A DNA stretch of 64,000 bases. Source: an uncultured Acidobacteriota bacterium. GTDB lineage: Bacteria > Acidobacteriota > Terriglobia > Acidiferrales > UBA7541. The notes under the pieces are model-generated. The model saw only the letters and a list, made by a program, of their open reading frames with translations, was not told the origin of the DNA and did not search any database. A program made the translations under genes and the position numbers. Location: positions 2,375,426 to 2,439,425 of the forward strand of contig OY970253.1 in the NCBI GenBank assembly GCA_963715555.1, written 5' to 3'. How positions within the stretch are numbered: the first letter of the stretch is position 1; the number at the start of each line of letters is the position of its first letter. Positions 1-8,944 of this stretch are shown here, piece after piece.

Positions 1-732
1 CTTGTGGTCGCGGAAAGCGGCCTGGGCCTCGGTTTCCTCGCCCTTGTGCTCAGCTATTTGCCCGTGATTTATCAGGCGTTTTCCCGGCGCGAAGTGAATA
101 TCGTGTTGCTGGATGCGCGCGCCGGCTCGCCGCCCACCGCCGCAGAACTTCTGCGCCGCCACGCCGGCCCGAACGGCATCGAGTCTCTCATGCAGCTGCT
201 GCGCGATTGGGAGCGCTCTTCGGCCGAAATTCTCGAAAGCCACATCTCGTACCCCGCCGTCGCGTATTTCCGATCGCAGCACAACAACGAGTCGTGGCTC
301 TCCGCGCTTTCCGCTATGCTGGACCTGACGGCACTACTGCTCGCATCCGCGGTCGACATGGAATTGCGGCAGGTGCGTCTTACATTTGCGATGTGCCGCC
401 ACACGATTGTGGATCTGGCGCAGATGTTTCGCACTCCGCCGCACAATCTGCCCGTGGAACGTTTGCCGGGCGCGGAATTCGACCGCTTGCGCGCGCAACT
501 CGAAGCGACCGGCTTCCAGCTTCGCGAACGAGAAGCCGCGGAGAGGAAGTTGGCGGCCCTGCGCCAGATGTACGAGCCCTATCTCTCCGCGCTTTCTCGC
601 TACCTCTATATGGAAGTCCCGCCCTGGATCCTGGCAAGAGAAATTACGGATAATTGGCGCACCAGCGCCTGGGGACGAATCTCCGGCTTCGCCGTATCGT
701 CCGCGGTCGAGGTGGATGACCACTCCGACTGA
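1..732 (+). CDS. Hypothetical protein, probable C-terminal part of an ion (K+) channel family protein; 5' end outside window
   Basis: Frame is open from base 1 to the TGA at 730-732. A hydrophobic segment (LGLGFLALVLSYLPVIY) is followed by a soluble tail (RREVNIVLLDARAGSPPTAAELL) resembling tails of bacterial two-TM K+ channel family proteins. No pore motif is visible inside the window. Confidence 0.4.
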   Translation, partial: LVVAESGLGLGFLALVLSYLPVIYQAFSRREVNIVLLDARAGSPPTAAELLRRHAGPNGIESLMQLLRDWERSSAEILESHISYPAVAYFRSQHNNESWLSALSAMLDLTALLLASAVDMELRQVRLTFAMCRHTIVDLAQMFRTPPHNLPVERLPGAEFDRLRAQLEATGFQLREREAAERKLAALRQMYEPYLSALSRYLYMEVPPWILAREITDNWRTSAWGRISGFAVSSAVEVDDHSD

Positions 733-866
733 CTCCGCCGCCCCGGTCCAATTTGGCCTAAACCGGCGTGCCTTTCACGCACGGCTGCGTCCGGCCCGAA
801 AAATCCCTGTGCTATAATTTTCGTTGCGCTGGCTATAAAGCGCGCTTATGCGCTTGGAGAAACTCG

Positions 867-1814
867 ATGAGCCTCCCGAAAACCGAAAAGATCTGGTGCA
901 ACGGCAAATTTATTCCCTGGGACGACGCGAAGATTCACGTTCTCTCCCATGTGGTGAGCTACGGCTCCGCAGTTTTTGAAGGCCTTCGCTGCTACGAGAC
1001 ATCCAGTGGCCCGGCGGTGTTCCGTCTTACCGAGCACATGCAGCGGCTGGTGAACTCCGCGCACATCTACCGCATGGACGTTCCCTTCAGCGTGGATGCG
1101 CTCTGCCAAGCGGTGCTCGATCTGGTTCGCACGAACAAGCTGAACGCATGCTATATCCGTCCGATTGCTCTCCGCGGCTATGAAGATGTCGGCGTCGATC
1201 CGCGCACGTGCCCTGTTGACGTCTATCTCGCCTGCTGGAGCTGGGGAAAGTATTTGGGCGCGGAAGCGCTGCGCGACGGCGTGGACGTTTGCGTCAGCTC
1301 GTGGAACCGGCCGGCGCCCAATACCCTGCCGCAAATGGCCAAGGCCGCAGCGAACTACATGAATTCGCAGCTCATCAAAATGGAAGCGAAGATCAACGGC
1401 TATGCCGAAGGCATCGCGCTCGACGTGCACGGCCACGTCAGCGAAGGTTCCGGAGAAAATATTTTCGTGGTGATGAACGGCACGCTGACCACACCGCCGC
1501 TCGCCAATTCCTCGCTGCCCGGCATTACGCGCAATTCCATCATGACGATCTGCCACGATCTCGGCATTCCCGTCGCCGAACAGATGATTCCGCGGGAAAT
1601 GCTGTATATCGCCGACGAAGTGTTCCTCTGCGGCACGGCGGCGGAAATCACCCCGCTGCGTTCCGTGGACCGCATCAAGGTCGGCTCCGGAACGCGCGGC
1701 CCGATCACCCAGCGCATCCAGGAAGAATTCTTCGCCATCATCAACGGTAAGACGCCCGATCGGCACGGCTGGCTTTCCCCAGTCAGCGTTCCCAGCGGCG
1801 CCTCTGTCCGCTGA
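867..1814 (+). CDS. ilvE: Branched-chain amino acid aminotransferase
   Basis: ATG at 867 (MSLPKTEKIWCNGKFIPWDDAKIHVLSHVVSYGSAVFEGLRCY) is a typical class IV aminotransferase N-terminus. Length is 315 aa. The upstream ORF extension from 768 is not needed. Confidence 0.9.
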   Translation: MSLPKTEKIWCNGKFIPWDDAKIHVLSHVVSYGSAVFEGLRCYETSSGPAVFRLTEHMQRLVNSAHIYRMDVPFSVDALCQAVLDLVRTNKLNACYIRPIALRGYEDVGVDPRTCPVDVYLACWSWGKYLGAEALRDGVDVCVSSWNRPAPNTLPQMAKAAANYMNSQLIKMEAKINGYAEGIALDVHGHVSEGSGENIFVVMNGTLTTPPLANSSLPGITRNSIMTICHDLGIPVAEQMIPREMLYIADEVFLCGTAAEITPLRSVDRIKVGSGTRGPITQRIQEEFFAIINGKTPDRHGWLSPVSVPSGASVR

Positions 1815-1981
1815 TAATTTCGAAGCGTCCTTTGCTTGCGAGGAGTGCCGCAAGCCCGTTCAAGATGCCCGTTTTCGCGGCTTCGGCCGCTGTTTTGACT
1901 CGCCGCCGCGATTCCAGTAGAATTCGCGCGTTTACTGCGCGCTTCTGGTTTGCGCGCTACCATCCGCAACCGTAGGAATGC

Positions 1982-2752
1982 GTGCACAAGTTCCCGCAGA
2001 AATTCGCCGCTGAATTCGTAGGCACATTCGGGGTCGTCTTCATTGCAGCGGGCGCGATTTGCGCCGACCAATACCTTGCCGCCTCGAACCAGGGCCGGCT
2101 CGGCATCCTTGGCATCGCTTTGGCTTACGGCCTTGCCTACGCCGTGATGGTTTCGGCTCTCGGACACATCTCGGGCGGCCACTTCAATCCCGCCGTTACC
2201 GTCGGATACTGGGTCACTCGCCGCGTGGGCACGATGCAAGCGATTGCCTACTGGATCGCTCAAATACTGGGCAGCGTGACCGCGGCCTACCTTCTGACCT
2301 CGCTCATGCCGGACGCCGGATGGCGCACTCGCGCTCTCGGGTCGATCACTCCGGACCTGTCGCCGGACATCACGCGCGGTCAGGGTGTGGCGCTCGAAGC
2401 CGTTCTGACGTTCTTATTCGTCTTCGTGATCTTCGCAACCGCCGTCGATGCCAAGCGCGCCCTGCAGAAGTTTTCAGGATTTGCCTCGGGACTCGCTCTG
2501 GCGCTCGGCGTTCTCGTGGCGGTGCCGTTCACCGGCGGATCGATGAATCCCGCGCGCACGTTCGGACCGGCTATGGCAACGCATCATTGGGAGAACCACG
2601 GCGTCTATTGGATCGGACCGCTTCTGGGAGCCATCGTCGCCGCCGCCCTGTACGACCGCCTCTTTCTCCGCGATCAGCCGCCCGCCGGCGCGGCGCCTTC
2701 TCCGCAACCGGGCGCGGCCGAACCCTCCACCCCGGTCGCCCATCGCCGCTAA
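1982..2752 (+). CDS. MIP/aquaporin family channel
   Basis: Two NPA boxes are present (GGHFNPAVT and GGSMNPARTFGP) with six predicted TM segments. GTG start. The Pro/Ala-rich C-terminal tail is unusual. Confidence 0.85.
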   Translation: MHKFPQKFAAEFVGTFGVVFIAAGAICADQYLAASNQGRLGILGIALAYGLAYAVMVSALGHISGGHFNPAVTVGYWVTRRVGTMQAIAYWIAQILGSVTAAYLLTSLMPDAGWRTRALGSITPDLSPDITRGQGVALEAVLTFLFVFVIFATAVDAKRALQKFSGFASGLALALGVLVAVPFTGGSMNPARTFGPAMATHHWENHGVYWIGPLLGAIVAAALYDRLFLRDQPPAGAAPSPQPGAAEPSTPVAHRR

Positions 2753-2861
2753 CTCGGCCGTTGCGCCCCTAGAAATCGCCCGGCCCGGAGTCCTTGTGGC
2801 ACCCTGGCGCGCGTGTTAGCGTGGCTTGAATCCACCGAAAGCGAACTGAGGGCTCCTTTAC

Positions 2862-4010
2862 ATGGCTATCGTGATCGACGACCTCCTGCGGCGCGCGGTC
2901 GAAAACAGATCCTCCGACTTGCATCTCAAGGTCGGCAACCATCCTTACCTTCGCGTCGACGGCGTCCTCTCCGCCATCGCGGACGTGCCGCGCATCACGC
3001 CGGAAGAAATGCTCTCGATGGCCTTCAGCATGATGACCAACCGGCAGAAGCAGAAATTCAAAGAAACTGCCGAGCTGGATATGGCTTACGGCGTCGCCGG
3101 TCTGGGCCGGTTCCGCGTCAACGTATTTCAGCAACGCGGCAACGTCGGCATGGTTCTCCGCGTGATTCCCACGAAGATTCGGACCATCGAGGAACTCGAT
3201 CTCCCGCGCGTGATCGCGCAAGTCTGCGAAGAGCAGCGCGGCCTGATCCTCTGCACCGGGACCACCGGTTCCGGTAAGTCCACCACGCTCGCCGCTATGA
3301 TCGACCGCATCAACTCGCTCCGGCCCGAGCACATCATCACCATCGAGGACCCGATCGAGTACCTGCACCGCGACAAAAAAGGCTTCATCAATCAGCGCGA
3401 AGTGGAAGTCGATACCGCCACGTTTTCCACCGCTCTTCGCGCCGCGCTCCGCCAGGACCCGGACGTAATCCTCGTCGGTGAAATGCGCGACCTTGAGACG
3501 ATCTCCACCGCTCTGCTCGCCGCCGAAACCGGCCACTTGGTGCTTTCGACCTTGCACACCCTCGACGCCACCGAGACGATTCAGCGCATCATCGCCGTAT
3601 TTCCGCCGCCCGAGCAAAAACAGATTCGGTTGCAGCTCGCTTCCACTCTGAAGGCAGTCATCAGCCAGCGGCTCGTCCGCAAAAGCGATGGCCAGGGCCG
3701 CGTCCCGGCCGTGGAAGTGATGATCTCCACCGGCTACATCCGCGATTGCATCATGAATCCCGACAAGACGCGCATGATTCGCGACGCCATCGCCGCCGGC
3801 ACCAGCCAATACGGCATGCAGACGTTCGATCAGTCGCTCTTCGAGCTCTACTCGCGCAACCTCATCACGCTTGAGGAAGCCCTTTTGCGCGCGTCGAATC
3901 CGGACGATTTCCGCCTGCGCGTTCAGGGCATTCGCTCCTCCGCCGATGCCGCGCGTGAGGAAATGGAGCGCTCCATGAACGAGTTCGAGCGCCTCGGCGA
4001 CCGCCGCTAA
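2862..4010 (+). CDS. pilT: Type IV pilus twitching motility ATPase PilT
   Basis: N-terminus DLLRRAVENRSSDLHLKVGNHPYLRVDG, Walker A GTTGSGKSTT, and the GEMRD and TLHT motifs of PilT/PilU retraction ATPases. 382 aa. Confidence 0.9.
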   Translation: MAIVIDDLLRRAVENRSSDLHLKVGNHPYLRVDGVLSAIADVPRITPEEMLSMAFSMMTNRQKQKFKETAELDMAYGVAGLGRFRVNVFQQRGNVGMVLRVIPTKIRTIEELDLPRVIAQVCEEQRGLILCTGTTGSGKSTTLAAMIDRINSLRPEHIITIEDPIEYLHRDKKGFINQREVEVDTATFSTALRAALRQDPDVILVGEMRDLETISTALLAAETGHLVLSTLHTLDATETIQRIIAVFPPPEQKQIRLQLASTLKAVISQRLVRKSDGQGRVPAVEVMISTGYIRDCIMNPDKTRMIRDAIAAGTSQYGMQTFDQSLFELYSRNLITLEEALLRASNPDDFRLRVQGIRSSADAAREEMERSMNEFERLGDRR

Positions 4011-4489
4011 CGCGCGATTTCAACGTTCTTACCAAGCAATGCGAATCGCGGGACTCGCCCGTGGAAAAATCGGCTCTAAGTCCCGGTTTTCTGTTGCAGC
4101 CCTTGGAGACACAAAAAAAGTTCCCCATCCCCGGTCCGGGCTGCCACTCAGAATACTCGTGTGAAGCTTCACAACGGCTTTAGAGCGACCCAATTCGCGC
4201 GATTGGTCCCGTAGGCCCAGCGGCCGGAACGCATCGCCTCCTGGCCGCCCGCAAACGAAAATCGGAATTGCCGTTTTCGGCTCCTCCCCCCTCCGCCGGG
4301 CGGCCAGTTCCGCAAACCGCCTCGGACTGATGCACTTCAACCTCGCCAGGGGGATACCATGTGACAGGGCTCTTCCACCGCGGCGCTGCGCTTGTGCCTG
4401 CCGCGGAATGATGGTATAAAAATTGTTTACGGCACTGCATTGCGTGCAATGCGGTGCAAATTGCCTCGTTATCATCCAGGAGATCGTGA

Positions 4490-4750
4490 ATGGCTTACGT
4501 GATTGCCGAGCCCTGCATTGGGACCAAGGACACCGCCTGCGTGGACGTTTGCCCCGTGGACTGCATCCATCCGCGCAAGGACGAAGCAGGTTTCGAAGGC
4601 GACAAACAGCTCTATATCAATCCCGATGAGTGTATCGACTGCGGTGCTTGCGTTCCCGTTTGCCCGGTGACGGCGATCTTTGCGATGGAAGACCTTCCTG
4701 AAAAGTGGGCCAGCTACGCCCAGATCAACACCGAGTATTTCAAAAAGTAG
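4490..4750 (+). CDS. Ferredoxin (7Fe-type, 3Fe-4S/4Fe-4S)
   Basis: [28 protein letters not shown] followed by [13 protein letters not shown], the classical ferredoxin Cys pattern. 86 aa. Confidence 0.85.
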   Translation: MAYVIAEPCIGTKDTACVDVCPVDCIHPRKDEAGFEGDKQLYINPDECIDCGACVPVCPVTAIFAMEDLPEKWASYAQINTEYFKK

Positions 4751-4829
4751 CCTTTCGAAGAATTTGCCGGCGAACGTCTGATCGGGCGGGTGGCTTTGCG
4801 ACTACGCCGGTTATCGCGCTGTGCCGCGA

Positions 4830-5177
4830 CTAAATCGCCCCAATGCGTGGTAGTCTCTCTCTCCCGGGGTTCTGTCCCTCGCCCAACATCCGCGCCCACC
4901 AAATCGCGTCTTGGCGCAGCTCGTCAACCGCGATGCCTCGATGATTGGGCGCGAACCGCTGCAGCTTAACCGCAGCCGCAGCCAGCAGCGATTGCGCGCC
5001 GGCGGAATTCCCTCTCACGTAGTGATGAAAAGCCGCGGCGAGCTGAATCAGCCCCTGCAGGAACGTCTTCTCCGGCTCGGCTTCATTCATCCATAGCTCT
5101 TCCCAAACCTCGTGCGCGAGGAAAAATTCCCCGGAATTGAAAAGCGCCACGCCGCGCTGGAATTTTTCTTCGTCCAT
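4830..5177 (-). CDS. DUF309 domain protein
   Basis: FNSGEFFLAHEVWEELW ... LQGLIQLAAAFHH is the signature of the DUF309 family. 115 aa. Confidence 0.7.
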   Translation of the reverse strand: MDEEKFQRGVALFNSGEFFLAHEVWEELWMNEAEPEKTFLQGLIQLAAAFHHYVRGNSAGAQSLLAAAAVKLQRFAPNHRGIAVDELRQDAIWWARMLGEGQNPGRERLPRIGAI

Positions 5178-5275
5178 CGTGCTCGTCGCACTCGCGCGAA
5201 ACTTCCGCTACACTTCCCAGTCGCCGAAATTTTCAGAGCGACGCGAGATCATATCAGTCCTGTTGCGGCGGTGTG

Positions 5276-5941
5276 ATGGTCGATATCAAAGTTGAATTAC
5301 CCGGAGTCGTGCTGGGCGTCCTGGAGGCGGATGGCATCCGGGTTGAGCCTGCCGGGCCGGAACTGGCTCGCCTGATGGACGGCACATCGGAAGCCAACCG
5401 GCGCAAGTTCACCCTCGAATCGCTGGCCGAATCCGAGCCAAGCCGCGCCGTGCGCGCCATGTTCCGGGCCTGGGGCGTCGATCCGTCCAAATACCGGCCA
5501 TCCTCGGAGGCCCTTCAGCGGCGCGTGGTACAAGGCAAGGGCCTCTACCGCGTTTCGAATGTGGTCGACATAGGCAATCTCGGCTCGATTGAAACCGGCT
5601 GGCCCTTCGGACTCTACGACCGGTCCCGCATTCAGTCTCCCGTCATCTTTCGCCACGGCGCCGGTGGCGAAACGTACGAAGGCATCGGCAAGCGCACCTG
5701 GCACCTCGCGGGCCGCCCCGTCCTTGCCGATTCCGAAGGCCCTTTCGGCAGCCCCATCAGCGATTCCACGCGCAGCATGATTACCGAATCGACGCGCGAC
5801 GTCTTCGCCGTCATCTACGCTCCGGAACACGCCTCCGAAGCGTCCATTCGGCAGGCGCTCGCGCACCTCGCCGAACGCTTGACTCGCTTCGCGGCCGCTT
5901 CCGCCACTCGCTCCGGGTTTCCTCACTCCAACGAAAAGTAG
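5276..5941 (+). CDS. B3/B4 (PheRS beta-subunit-like) tRNA-binding domain protein
   Basis: LYRVSNVVDIGNLGSIETGWPFGLYD and FGSPISDSTRSMITEST resemble stand-alone B3/4 domain proteins. ATG at 5276 sits directly after a GTG at 5273. Confidence 0.6.
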   Translation: MVDIKVELPGVVLGVLEADGIRVEPAGPELARLMDGTSEANRRKFTLESLAESEPSRAVRAMFRAWGVDPSKYRPSSEALQRRVVQGKGLYRVSNVVDIGNLGSIETGWPFGLYDRSRIQSPVIFRHGAGGETYEGIGKRTWHLAGRPVLADSEGPFGSPISDSTRSMITESTRDVFAVIYAPEHASEASIRQALAHLAERLTRFAAASATRSGFPHSNEK

Positions 5942-6396
5942 CCCCGCATCGCGGTAGCGCCGTTCCTGTTTTTCCCGGGCGCGCCAAACTCCAGTTTGGC
6001 GGTTTTGGCTGGGAGAAAAGGCGAAATGCTGTCGAGGGATCCTTGGGGGCCGCAGCCACCGCTGCGGTACGCGATCACCAAGGAGCACCCGAGCACGACG
6101 AGCACAGGAGCACATAGAGCACCCGACCGCCGCTAAACCCAATGCACTCATCAATTGCTCCGCGAAAATTCGCCGGATCGACCGGCCTGCGCGCCCATCT
6201 TGGCCAGCAAACAGGCTTCGGGCCCTCAGCGTCGCGCCAACACCGAGTTCCCCGACAGAATTGCGGGCTTGATCCCGATACTTAACGAACTGCAAAATAG
6301 GCGCGTACCCTTAAATCGCCCTTTGTATCGGCGACCAAAAGGTAATCTGCGCGTGGGGCGCCCCGCGCAGCACCGGTTCTGGAGTACTGAGAGGAA

Positions 6397-6930
6397 ATGG
6401 CCATGAAAGCAGGAAACCTCGCAGTCGTGCCAAAGCAGCCCAACAAAGCCGCGACAAAACGTCTTCAACTCAGAGAGAGTCTTTGGCCGAATGCCGATAC
6501 CTACGTCTGGCATCGGAGCAAGGAACATGGCTGGTCCACCGTGCCCCGCACCCTTACGCTAATCATGACCCTAATCGACCTGCTCAAGCCGGGATACGAC
6601 GCTTCGCGCGTATATCTTGAGTTATGGTGCAGGCAATTTGACGACTCGTTCGTCCAAATTGACGACGAGGAGGCTTTGGCCTACGCCTGCGGCTATGTGA
6701 CACAAACGCGAAACGTACGCTCGCTGCGCGAACGACTGAATCTACTGCACAAACTCGGATTCATTAGCATCAAGCCCAACGGCAGCCGGAAGTTCGGGTA
6801 CGTCTTGCTCCTGCAACCGCACAGAGTTGCGAAGAAGATCCGCGATACGACCTCAAATCCTGAAATCCATGACAAGTGGTGGGGCGCGTGGGTAAAGCGC
6901 GCAGTCGACGTCGGGTCCGCCATTCCATAG
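6397..6930 (+). CDS. Hypothetical protein with possible winged-helix segment
   Basis: 177-aa ORF preceded by GAGAGGAAATGG, an SD-like sequence. RNVRSLRERLNLLHKLGFISIKPNG looks like a wHTH recognition helix plus wing. No family recognised. Confidence 0.45.
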   Translation: MAMKAGNLAVVPKQPNKAATKRLQLRESLWPNADTYVWHRSKEHGWSTVPRTLTLIMTLIDLLKPGYDASRVYLELWCRQFDDSFVQIDDEEALAYACGYVTQTRNVRSLRERLNLLHKLGFISIKPNGSRKFGYVLLLQPHRVAKKIRDTTSNPEIHDKWWGAWVKRAVDVGSAIP

Positions 6931-6964
6931 CTAGGAACGGCCTAGCTCCGCTTCGCGCGGCGGA

Positions 6965-8026
6965 TCACAGGAACACACCGATTTCGGGATTCATTTCTGA
7001 TTTCTCCAAAACGGCGGGCCGTTCCTGCACCCGAATGTCCGGCACTGGGTAATGCGAACTGCGCGCCGCCTCCTCGACAATCTGCCGCACAGCACCGGCC
7101 TTTCGTTTCGCCGGCGCCAGATGCTCCAACCTAATTACCTTGCCCACAGGCACCCCAGGCGCATAAACCACTCGGCTTGCCTTGAAGCCCTTCTCCGAAA
7201 GCCGGCTCGCTATGACGTCAGCGAGCTTCATAGTCTCTAAACTATCAAGATGTCCGGCCACGATTACCCGAAAATTGGAGTTGTCGGCAAACTCGGCTTC
7301 GTCGTCGGCGGCCGAGTGGCGCAGTTCATCGAGCTTTCGCTCATGTTCCGAGACGCTCTCCCGATCGCGTGGCGACTCCATCGCAAGTCTCACAACCATG
7401 CCACGAATCTCGTTGAGCTGCTTGTCCAGCGCGGAGATTTTAATGTCGGCACCAGCGGAGGCGCGCATCCCTTCTGACTCGATTCGACTCATGACTTCCC
7501 TAAATTTCTCGTCCACGCTTCTCGCAGTCGCCGACAGACTCTCCACTTCATCTTTATACTTCGCGGCTTCCGCGCGAACATCCCTGATCGCTTCATGCCC
7601 CTGCGAGGCCGCGGCCTGCGCTTCCGCCGCAGCGCGCATCGCGTCTCTGATCTCCTTAGAGAGCATCCAGCGCACAATTCCCGGTACCAGCGCAATCGCG
7701 GCGCCACCTAGCAGGCCTACAAGAACGACCGCTACCAAGAGCTGCGTCTTTGCCCAGTGGATCAATTCATCCTCACTGCCTTGCAGCGCCTGGATTTTCA
7801 GCAACTGGTACTCTTCATCCGGGGATAATCTCGGTGCCGACGAGCCTCCCCCCGGTGCCCCTGGGCGAGGCCGAGCGGCAGGCGGCGGAAAAGTAGATCC
7901 GCCCGCCGGGATAGTGGCGCCTCCGCGCCGCGGCGGGATGGTAGATTGAGGGGCGGCCGGCAAACCCACACAGCCAACAAGCACCGCAACAGCAAGGAAG
8001 CGTCTGATATAGCTCATACAATCCAT
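6965..8026 (-). CDS. Hypothetical secreted/membrane coiled-coil protein
   Basis: Signal-like N-terminus (RRFLAVAVLVGCVGLPAA), then a Pro/Gly-rich stretch, one TM segment (LLVAVVLVGLLGGAAIALV) and a long Ala/Glu/Arg coiled coil. The C-terminal roughly 100 aa (FRVIVAGHLDS...LSEKGFKASRVVYAP) is reminiscent of LytR_C-type domains. An alternative ATG lies at 8017. Confidence 0.5.
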   Translation of the reverse strand: MDCMSYIRRFLAVAVLVGCVGLPAAPQSTIPPRRGGATIPAGGSTFPPPAARPRPGAPGGGSSAPRLSPDEEYQLLKIQALQGSEDELIHWAKTQLLVAVVLVGLLGGAAIALVPGIVRWMLSKEIRDAMRAAAEAQAAASQGHEAIRDVRAEAAKYKDEVESLSATARSVDEKFREVMSRIESEGMRASAGADIKISALDKQLNEIRGMVVRLAMESPRDRESVSEHERKLDELRHSAADDEAEFADNSNFRVIVAGHLDSLETMKLADVIASRLSEKGFKASRVVYAPGVPVGKVIRLEHLAPAKRKAGAVRQIVEEAARSSHYPVPDIRVQERPAVLEKSEMNPEIGVFL

Positions 8027-8792
8027 TTAAGACATTTGAAATAACACCTGCCCAACTCAACTTCAAGGAGTTTTCCGAGCGTGCGCAGAGAAGCCCGTAG
8101 ATCATATCTCCTTCAAGACAATCACCCCAGGCACCGGATACGAGTGAATGGAGCGTCCATCCCGGTGTCAGTCGGTTTTTCCCCCAACGGGAGGAGGCGA
8201 ATATAGACGCCGGTCGTGCTACGGTCGCCGTGCCACCCGTCTGCAACCCCGAAGCGCGCGGCTCCCCGTGCGGCCCATTGTGGTCCTTGACGAGTTGTCA
8301 TATTCATGCTAACGTGGGTTGTTTTTCTTGACTGCTCGGAACCAGCCGGGGGCAGGCAAGCCCATTTTGGGAACGGCAACCGGCTGCACACACGGCCCGT
8401 GTGCGCTAACGGCCCGAGCCAGCCTCGCTGTAGCCCACACAGGGCGGAGGCGAGCGAGTCCGCCGTAGCCGACTCACGGCGGAGGCGGGAAAGGAGCTAC
8501 GAAGTGGCGGCGACAATTTTTCCAAATCCCCGCGCTGCGCATTCGCGCCCCAATGCCGCTGCTTCCCTGCCTCCCTGCACCCTTGCTCGCCAGCGCCAGC
8601 GTCGTCGCGCCGCGACTTTCGCCGCTAGCCAATCACCTACCCATGTGCGACGGTTCTTCGGGGGGCGGAGGTTTACCTCCGCCATAAACCCGCGCGCCAC
8701 AGCGCGCTTCCTTTCGCGCTTCTTTACCCGCGCGAAGTATTCGCTTTTGTATTCGAGCTACTCGCCACGAATCACTCGCCATTTGCCTTTCT

Positions 8793-8880
8793 TACCCGAG
8801 ACAGTCAATCGAGTAGAAACGCACCTAACTCATAGAAAACAAACGACCGCACATGCGTCTACCCGGAACGTCCCGGCGCA
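8793..8880 (+). repeat. Dispersed repeat family 1, copy R1 (about 88 nt, bounded by TACCCGGAAC-like direct repeats)
   Basis: TACCCGAGACAGTCAATCGAGTAGAAACG...GAAAACAAACGA...CTACCCGGAACGTCCCGGCGCA aligns by eye with 51479-51563 (same strand) and with the reverse complement of 28262-28349. Confidence 0.8.
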
Positions 8881-8944
8881 TGAATCTTTTCACCAATCTT
8901 TCGCCCCTTGGCCACGACAAACGACGCGGGCGGGGCGTTCCACA

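Noticed and set aside
846-1853. Long antisense or alternative-frame ORFs overlapping recognised genes. Examples are 846-1853 (-), 5297-6295 (-), 12397-13776 (+), 16935-17981 (+), 35705-36934 (+), 47064-48047 (-) and 51216-52199 (-).
   Set aside because: They lie opposite or out of frame to genes with clear family motifs. They have Arg/Ala/Gly/Pro-rich noise-like composition and are expected by chance in high-GC DNA.
4160-4173. TGTGAAGCTTCACA (also at 32471-32484) as a CRP/FNR-type binding site.
   Set aside because: The half-sites TGTGA/TCACA are separated by 4 nt and not the 6 nt of CRP-family sites. The motif is part of a longer dispersed repeat unit.
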